Source: an uncultured bacterium
GTDB taxonomy: Bacteria; Patescibacteriota; Minisyncoccia; Phycocordibacterales; GWA1-40-21
Assembly: GCA_963840885.1 (NCBI GenBank)
Contig: CAWJAN010000001.1
Coordinates: forward strand, 115,051 to 179,050
Reading direction: 5' to 3'
Length of the DNA stretch: 64,000 nucleotides
Shown: piece after piece, positions 57,466 to 64,000 of the stretch
Layout: each line of letters opens with the position of its first letter
Position numbering within the stretch: position 1 is the first letter of the stretch
Notes under the pieces: model-generated
The model's input: the letters and a program-made list of their open reading frames with translations, nothing else
What the model was told of the DNA's origin: nothing
The model's database searches: none
Program-made: the position numbers and the translations under genes

Positions 57466-57466
57466 T
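57437..57466. terminator. Perfect 26-bp palindrome, probable bidirectional terminator
   Basis: AAACCCAGTTCTCGAGAACTGGGTTT. Confidence 0.8.
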
Positions 57467-57766
57467 ATTCCCCGAAACAGATATCTACTTTTTCTTTCTG
57501 CATGAAATTCTGGAAACTACGGAGATGTATTATAATGGCGTTCCAATTCTGGATAACGAGGGTCACCAACGTTGATATTGTGTGTAAAAATTCAATAATA
57601 CCTTGCAACTAAGCCACCCTTAAGGGGTTCCAAATCCAATTTTTCAAAAAGAGATTATTTAATTCTCTTAGTGATTAAAGGATACCCCTTCGGGGATTGG
57701 AACCGATAGCTAACTAAGGAGGATTGGAACTACTATTTTTTGATGTTAAACATCAGACCTTCTTTT

Positions 57767-57970
57767 TCAGAAAAAGGTTGCAAGATCGCAGTATTCAACT
57801 CCCTGTTCTTTACATAACGGAGGTATTTTTGGCTTGTTTTGATTGCAATCTGGTATCTCATATGTAACAAGAATACATTTGTGGATATATGCTACCGCAA
57901 CCGCAAATGTGTCGGCGCTATAAACTTTTGGATCTTTATACTCAGAAATTTGAGGGTATTTATAGACCAT
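57767..57970 (-). pseudogene. C-terminal fragment of a DUF4411-like PIN-domain protein
   Basis: ADTFAVAVA...LVTYE...KPKIPPLCKEQGVEY pattern; N-terminal half absent; overlaps the end of the upstream ORF. Confidence 0.65.
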
Positions 57971-59046
57971 GTTCTCTGAGTTTCAAGATAATCTCTATAA
58001 AGGCCAATTAAATTTAATCTGAAAATATCATCGTTTTCTGGTTTAAATCTTGAAATTATGGATTCAAAAACATCATAAAGAAAAATACCTGTTTTCTCAC
58101 GTAATTTTTTGCTTTTATCCTTCGTTCTCACACCCCAACTGTAATTCCAACCAATACTAGACAAAGCTTTTAAAAGTAAATTACGATTCTCTTGTTCAAA
58201 TTCACTCTCAAAAAACCTTTTTATATTCTCAAAAAATGCAAAAATAAGATCATCATTATAATCAAGTTTTTTCTCATAACCCTCCTGGTTGTGAGCCATG
58301 TTCGCTCTGTGAATAAGTTCAAAATAATGACCGGCAAGTTTAATAAATGAAATTTTTCCATCAATACCAAGACCATTAAAACTGATTTCCTCAAATAGAA
58401 AATGAGAATGGTCAATTTCAGGATGCTTAACAAAAAGTTCGTCTAGATAAAATGACGAATTTGGATATATATGTTCATCTAGATAACCATTAAGGAATGA
58501 TTTCTGATTGTTCAAAGACAAGACAAAAAGATTGTTTGTGAATTGATTGATATGACGTAGTTTTTCCAAGGGAGTAGTTTTTATTTTTTTGAAGCCAAAT
58601 TCTAAAGTTTTTTCAAAAAGAAAAGCATGCTCAGAAAATAATGTTAATAATAAATTACTTCTGAAATAAGTAATAAAAACGGTCCTGGCATCATTATTTT
58701 CCAAAGAAAACTCTAAAAGAGAATCGTAAAAATAAACTATGTCGCCAAGATATTTCAGTACATCTTCCCCGTTTTTTTGTGTAAGTAATTTATTCAAATC
58801 TATAATAAAAAGTTTGATGTTGTACTTATTAAATTTTTTGAATGGTATAAATACAACAGAAGCATAAATAGTTATAGAACCTAACATGAAAATTCCACCC
58901 GTTATTTGGAGAAGAAATGGCTGAAAAATTTGAGTAAATTCAGCTAATAGAGTTGCTAGGACACTTGCTATACAAAAATAAATTGCAATAGAAACTGATA
59001 TTTTTCTAAGTTTAAATCGTAAACCAAGTCGCGTATCAAGCGACAA
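57892..59046 (-). CDS. AT-rich hypothetical membrane protein, probably damaged at both ends
   Basis: 384-aa ORF with N-terminal TM helices. The frame stays open upstream to ~59133 without an ATG, and the 3' end runs into the PIN fragment. Confidence 0.55.
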   Translation of the reverse strand: MSLDTRLGLRFKLRKISVSIAIYFCIASVLATLLAEFTQIFQPFLLQITGGIFMLGSITIYASVVFIPFKKFNKYNIKLFIIDLNKLLTQKNGEDVLKYLGDIVYFYDSLLEFSLENNDARTVFITYFRSNLLLTLFSEHAFLFEKTLEFGFKKIKTTPLEKLRHINQFTNNLFVLSLNNQKSFLNGYLDEHIYPNSSFYLDELFVKHPEIDHSHFLFEEISFNGLGIDGKISFIKLAGHYFELIHRANMAHNQEGYEKKLDYNDDLIFAFFENIKRFFESEFEQENRNLLLKALSSIGWNYSWGVRTKDKSKKLREKTGIFLYDVFESIISRFKPENDDIFRLNLIGLYRDYLETQRTWSINTLKFLSIKIQKFIAPTHLRLR

Positions 59047-59134
59047 ACCGATAAGGGAAACTAAAATGGAGATTGCAGTTATAGCGACACCTAAATTAAA
59101 AGAAGAGACCGTTTCTTGTATTATTTTAATGCCC

Positions 59135-59630
59135 TAATTCAAAATCTTTTAATAATTCAAGATATTTGGCTTTTATATGTCGCTCTACCCAATTATCTGA
59201 AAGCTGACTTATTTCGCCGTTACTGCTGACAATTGAACTGCATGGCGCAAAATAAGAATCCCGAGTTGGTGTTGCGATAGAATAACCATGAAGGATCCGC
59301 ATGTTTTCATGAGTCTGTTCTAGACAATTTCCTTTATTTCCTTCGGATGCAAACTTGATGCTATATTTTACCTCTACAGATAGAAAACGTTCAACTTTCC
59401 ATCAGTTTTCTTTATCAATAAGAATGAAGTCGGGGGCATTTCTGAATATTGATTTAACGACTTTTTTAACTTCTACCGAAGTTTTGATATTGGGCTAACT
59501 CAGGAAGTGTGTATTCATAAGCAAAACGAAGTATGGTAAATTTCCCAACATCTCTGAACATAAGTGCGAAGATTAGTTCAGCGACTTTCCCTTTGATAAG
59601 GTCATGCGAAAATTTTTCAGTAGATTCCAT
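59135..59630 (-). pseudogene. Multiply frameshifted PD-(D/E)XK nuclease-like gene
   Basis: MESTEKFSHDLIKGKVAELIF...YEYTLPELAQYQ, then fragments VEVKKVV, RNA/PDFILI and VEVKY in changing frames. Confidence 0.7.
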
Positions 59631-59674
59631 TTATTTAGTAATTTAAAGTCCAATAGCTTTAATTTTCTCGTCAA

Positions 59675-60016
59675 TTATAGCTGAACCTTTTGATTCCCGA
59701 GGAAATGAACCATCCTTATTGAAAAGGAAATTTCATGAGATGGGTGATTAACTTTCTTTGGAAATAGGGATGTAATTTTTTCAATATCAGTAAATGGTGC
59801 CACTTCTAACTTTTCTCCTGCAACTGCTGAAGTATGGCGACCAGAGGAGAGTGACCCCGTATTTGGGTTTTCCTCTATAAGTTTTCCCATTTCCGTGGCA
59901 GCTAACTGCCAATAGGTAGTAAGGGCTATTTCGTGTTCAGTGATAGACCCTTCATGAAATTTTTCGAGATGTTCTAATAACTCTTTCGTAGCATTCCAGA
60001 GAGAATCGTATTTCAT
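59675..60016 (-). CDS. Hypothetical protein, possibly a fragment
   Basis: 113-aa ORF with no recognised motif; upstream DNA looks decayed. Confidence 0.35.
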   Translation of the reverse strand: MKYDSLWNATKELLEHLEKFHEGSITEHEIALTTYWQLAATEMGKLIEENPNTGSLSSGRHTSAVAGEKLEVAPFTDIEKITSLFPKKVNHPSHEISFSIRMVHFLGNQKVQL

Positions 60017-60644
60017 TGATCCATCAGAGCTGAATCAATTCGTTGTCGATTCGACTCTACCATGAGAAAAAACATAACCTTTAACGAAAGGAATTCCATT
60101 TTTTACATCTAATTCAAATACTTGGATCCAACTGTCATCGATTTTTCCAAATAGGTGAGGATAATCGTTTAAACATTTTGCTTTCTGAGTTTCTCAGTGC
60201 TCGCGATTCAGCAGATGCAAACTCGTCTACGTGTAGCAATTGCGTTCTTTCTCGTCGTCTTTCTGACGATAAATACGATACGACCGTACCCACTTCAAGC
60301 GTATGCATGCGCCACAACAAAGGACTATAAGTGTTGTCCAAGTTCGACGGAGGATTTATGTCCTATTAGTTCAATTATAAGTTTTTTCGTAGAAAAATCG
60401 CAAATGTTGTCTATGTAGAATTGCAATACGGGATTAGACTGTTCTGACAAAGGTTACCAAGTTTGGTAACTTTCGACCCCTTGGCAAAAATTTCTTCAGG
60501 AGTATAGATCCAAATGAAGGAAGATATTTAGTCAACCAGTTTTTGGCAGGTCATTATCCTCATGTTTCTCAGAATCTTTAAAATGTAAAAAGTTTTTGAC
60601 CTGTCTCCAAATCTGGTTCCAATTTTCTAAACAGAGTGTCACCA

Positions 60645-61826
60645 ATGAGAATACTTGGAATTGAAACTTCGTGCGACGAAACTGCCGTCTGTATCATTGA
60701 AACGGGCGGCGATTTTCCTGAATCAAAAATAAAAATCCTGGGAAATGAGCTGTATTCTCAGATTGCCTTGCATGCGCAATATGGCGGAGTCTTCCCTAAT
60801 CTTGCAAAAAGAGAACATGAGAAAAATCTTGTTCCCCTGCTTTTGAAATGCCTTGAAGAAGCCGGCTTACTTAAACTGAATACCGACGCTTTGGTCGGGA
60901 CTACGACCAAAAGCGTCGGAGAAATAAAAGAAATGCTTTCCCATGAAAAAGAGCTTTTTGAAGCTCTTCAAAAAGAAGTTTTCAAAATCGGCAAGCCTGA
61001 AATAGATCTTATTGCCGTCACAAACGGCCCTGGCCTTGAGCCGGCGCTATGGGTCGGAGTAAATTTTGCAAAAGCATTGTCGCAGATATGGGGCATTCCA
61101 GTTATGCCCGTAAACCATATGGAAGGACACATTGTGGTTGCAGCGCTTGAACAAATAAAAAAAACTGAATATGAAATGAGGGCTGTAAACTTTCCAGCGA
61201 TGGCGCTTCTAATAAGCGGCGGTCATACGCAGCTTGTTCTTGTGAAAGATTGGCTTCATTACGAAATAGTCGGCAATACCAAAGACGATGCGGTCGGCGA
61301 AGCTTTCGACAAAGTCGCTCGTATTCTCGGGCTTCCTTATCCGGGCGGACCTGAAATATCAAAGCTTGCGGAAAAAGAAAGGACTGAATATACCGGCAAA
61401 AAAACTCCCTATCCGCTGACAAGGCCGATGATTCACTCAAAGGATCTTAATTTTTCTTTTTCCGGAATAAAGACAGCTGTTCTTTATCTGACAAAAAAGA
61501 TTCCGGATATGACGGATGTAATAAGGCAAGAAATCGCAAAAGAGTTCGAAGATGCCGTAACGGAAATACTTGTAAAAAAAACAAGTGAAGCTGCGGAAGA
61601 ATATAATGCCAAAACAATAATCCTAGGCGGAGGAGTGAGCGCAAACAAAAAAATAAGGGCTGATTTTATAGCTCTTGCCGGAGAATTAGGCTTAAATCTC
61701 ATGATACCTGAAATAAGTGCTTCCACCGACAATGCCCTCATGATAGCCGTTGCCGGATATTTTAACGCCAAAAATGGCAAAAAAACGTCTTCAGACTTCG
61801 AAGCTGACGGTAATTTGTCTTTATAA
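60645..61826 (+). CDS. tsaD: tRNA N6-adenosine threonylcarbamoyltransferase TsaD
   Basis: Motifs MRILGIETSCDET, GPGL, NHMEGH, SGGHT, DDAVGEAFDK and TDNALMIA. Confidence 0.97.
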   Translation: MRILGIETSCDETAVCIIETGGDFPESKIKILGNELYSQIALHAQYGGVFPNLAKREHEKNLVPLLLKCLEEAGLLKLNTDALVGTTTKSVGEIKEMLSHEKELFEALQKEVFKIGKPEIDLIAVTNGPGLEPALWVGVNFAKALSQIWGIPVMPVNHMEGHIVVAALEQIKKTEYEMRAVNFPAMALLISGGHTQLVLVKDWLHYEIVGNTKDDAVGEAFDKVARILGLPYPGGPEISKLAEKERTEYTGKKTPYPLTRPMIHSKDLNFSFSGIKTAVLYLTKKIPDMTDVIRQEIAKEFEDAVTEILVKKTSEAAEEYNAKTIILGGGVSANKKIRADFIALAGELGLNLMIPEISASTDNALMIAVAGYFNAKNGKKTSSDFEADGNLSL

Positions 61827-61869
61827 CCTGGCACTTGATTTTTTTCTTGCCATCAATTATGATACTGGC

Positions 61870-62030
61870 AGACAGACATCGAACCGGGGTCTTTGGCTGG
61901 AGACCCGGAAGAGGATAGCCCACACTTCCCTCTTTCAACGACAAAACGGCAAGAGCCCGTTGAGTTTTCTTTCAGGGAGAAAACGCAACCTAGCGCTCGG
62001 GGCCCTACCGACTCGGAGGGCCCTTTTTTA
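61870..62030 (+). ncRNA. Candidate ~160-nt structured RNA between tsaD and valS
   Basis: TTGATT-N17-TATGAT promoter (61835-61863), four consecutive hairpins, and a GGGCCCT/AGGGCCC + T6 terminator. Confidence 0.6.
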
Positions 62031-62088
62031 TTGCGACAGAATATAAAAATATTTCCAAAAAACATTATTTTTGCTAATATAAGCTGAA

Positions 62089-64000
62089 ATGAATGAAAAG
62101 TTTTTAAAGCCGTACGACCCGAAAGAAACTGAACCGAGAATATACAAAACCTGGGAAAATTCAGGATTTTTTAATCCTGACAATCTTCCAAAAAGTCATA
62201 AGGAAAAATATTCGATAATAATGCCTCCTCCGAATGCAACCGGCGTGCTTCATATGGGCCATGCTCTTGGAATGACCATTGAAGATCTTATGATCCGTTA
62301 TCAAAGAATGCGCGGCAAAAAAGCACTCTGGCTGCCAGGCACTGACCATGCAGCTATGGCCACTCAGTCAAAAGTCGAAAAAGACATAAGAAAAAAAGAA
62401 AATAAATCCAGATACGATCTCGGCCGCGAAGAGCTTCTGAGAAGGATAGACGAATTCGTCGAAGGAAGCAGAAATACCATGACTTCCCAGATGAGGATTA
62501 TGGGTGCGTCTTGCGACTGGTCGCGGGAAGCTTTCACGCTGGATGAAAAAAGAAGCTTTGCTGTCCGCACTGTTTTCAAAAAAATGTACGATGACGGGCT
62601 TATTTACCGCGGATACAGGATAGTGAACTGGGATCCTAAAGGCCAGACGACTATTTCCGACGACGAGATAGACCACGAGGAACGAGACGCAAAAATGTAT
62701 ACCTTCAAATACTCTAAAGACTTCCCTATTTCCATTTCAACAACAAGGCCGGAAACGAAAGTCGGCGATGTCGCCGTTGCGGTCCATCCTGAAGATCCGA
62801 GATACGAAAAATTCGTAGGAAAGGAATATGACGCCGTTTTCTGCTCCGTTCCCATACACATAAAAATTATTGCCGATAAGGAAGTGGACAAGGATTTCGG
62901 CACGGGCGCTCTTGGCGTCACTCCTGCGCATAGCATGATCGACTGGGAGATGGCTGAGAGGCATGATCTTCCTAAAGATAAAATAGTAATAGATGAAAGA
63001 GCAAGGATGACGGTCGGAGATGAAAATATAAAGGAAAAGAAAACGACTGAAGCGAGAGAAGCCGTAGTCGAATGGCTTAAAAAAGAAGGGCTGCTGGAGA
63101 AGGAGGAAACAATAAAGCAGAATGTTTCGCTTTCGGACAGGACGGGGGCCTTGGTTGAACCGCTTCCAAAGCTTCAATGGTTTATCGGGGTTAACAAGCC
63201 TTTCAAGATTGAACACTCGGAAATACAAGGCATAAAATCAGGGCAAGAAACTACGCTGAAAGATATGATGAAAAACTCCGTGGAAAGCGGGCAGATTAAG
63301 ATAATTCCAGATTATTTTTCAAAAACTTATTTCCATTGGGTGAATAATCTGCGCGACTGGTGCATTTCTAGGCAAATCTGGTATGGACACAGGATTCCAG
63401 TCTGGTATAAGGGCGATTCTATTTATTGCGGAATTGAAGCTCCAAAAGGCGACGGCTGGACTCAAGACGAGGATACTTTGGATACCTGGTTTTCTTCCGC
63501 TCTTTGGACATTCTCCACGCTCGGCTGGCCGGAAAAAACCGAAGACCTGAAAATCTATCATCCCACTGATGTTATGGAAACAGGCTATGATATTTTGCCT
63601 ATCTGGGTGGCAAAAATGATACTGATGACGAATTATAATCTTGGCACTATACCCTTCAGCAAAGTCTATCTTCATGGCATAGTCCGCGATTCAAAAGGCA
63701 GAAAAATGTCCAAATCCCTGGATAACAATGTCGATCCCATAGATGTGGTGAATAAATTTGGCGCCGATGCCGCAAGAATGGCGCTCATCGTCGGCAATAC
63801 TCCGGGCACGGATTCAAAATGGTCGGAAGACAAAGTAAAGGGATATAAAAATTTTGCCAATAAGATATGGAATATATCCAGATTCGTGCTCGAATCGGCC
63901 ACTGATGAAAAATTTGACGAGAAATTCAGCGCATACTCTGATAACGATTCCAAGCTCGTAAAAGAAAGGGATGATTTTATTTCGGATGTAACCAAAGACA
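62089..64000 (+). CDS. valS: Valyl-tRNA synthetase (runs off the window end)
   Basis: MNEKFLKPYDP, PPPNATGVLHMGHA, WLPGTDHA, DWCISRQIWYGHRIP, DTWFSS and KMSKS. Confidence 0.96.
   Translation, partial: MNEKFLKPYDPKETEPRIYKTWENSGFFNPDNLPKSHKEKYSIIMPPPNATGVLHMGHALGMTIEDLMIRYQRMRGKKALWLPGTDHAAMATQSKVEKDIRKKENKSRYDLGREELLRRIDEFVEGSRNTMTSQMRIMGASCDWSREAFTLDEKRSFAVRTVFKKMYDDGLIYRGYRIVNWDPKGQTTISDDEIDHEERDAKMYTFKYSKDFPISISTTRPETKVGDVAVAVHPEDPRYEKFVGKEYDAVFCSVPIHIKIIADKEVDKDFGTGALGVTPAHSMIDWEMAERHDLPKDKIVIDERARMTVGDENIKEKKTTEAREAVVEWLKKEGLLEKEETIKQNVSLSDRTGALVEPLPKLQWFIGVNKPFKIEHSEIQGIKSGQETTLKDMMKNSVESGQIKIIPDYFSKTYFHWVNNLRDWCISRQIWYGHRIPVWYKGDSIYCGIEAPKGDGWTQDEDTLDTWFSSALWTFSTLGWPEKTEDLKIYHPTDVMETGYDILPIWVAKMILMTNYNLGTIPFSKVYLHGIVRDSKGRKMSKSLDNNVDPIDVVNKFGADAARMALIVGNTPGTDSKWSEDKVKGYKNFANKIWNISRFVLESATDEKFDEKFSAYSDNDSKLVKERDDFISDVTKD

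Larger units (their letters stand above)
55441..60644. mobile_element. Integrase-less genomic island at tRNA-Glu made of two tandem segments (55441-57568 and 57569-60644)
   Basis: AT-rich region with many pseudogenes. The tRNA 3' end recurs as AGGGTCACCA (57559-57568) and GTCACCA (60638-60644), the latter abutting the tsaD ATG. Confidence 0.82.

Noticed and set aside
57467-57474. ATTCCCCG match to the tRNA-Glu T-arm as a further att fragment
   Set aside because: Only 8 bp, separated by ~85 nt from the real repeat, and compatible with chance.
61893-62087. 64-aa ORF before valS
   Set aside because: TTG start, runs through a strong terminator, no protein features; a structured RNA explains the region better.

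Overview
The window is a bacterial chromosome segment. Gene content and style point to Patescibacteria (CPR, Parcubacteria-like): TrbC/VirB2-like pilin cluster, giant Ser/Thr-rich surface proteins, degenerate HisS paralog, many apparently leaderless genes. This placement is inferred, not measured. Core genes are serS (partial), dprA, topA, relA/spoT, parB, miaA, rpmG, murJ, gyrA, rpsA, pth, lepB, rpsU-like, ybeY, ftsA, ftsZ, trxB, tsaD and valS (partial), plus RNase P RNA and five tRNAs. A ~27 kb minus-strand cell-surface locus (12.8-40.2 kb) encodes five pilin-like proteins, two cohesin proteins, a dockerin protein, two paralogous scaffold-plus-cargo proteins and a ~3000-aa fibre built from six shuffled near-identical DNA modules. 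The most novel-looking signals are: (1) a ~540-nt ORF-free, heavily structured transcript with its own promoter and terminator (56922-57465); (2) an integrase-less 5.2-kb island at tRNA-Glu containing it, made of two tandem cassettes that each end in an att-like copy of the tRNA 3' end encoding the same antisense VTLxxxNWNxI peptide; (3) duplicated tRNA ends at three tRNAs, two wrapped in palindromes; (4) tiny in-frame palindromic insertions in housekeeping genes; (5) a second orphan structured RNA before valS. All family assignments come from motif recognition by eye; no database search or folding program was run.
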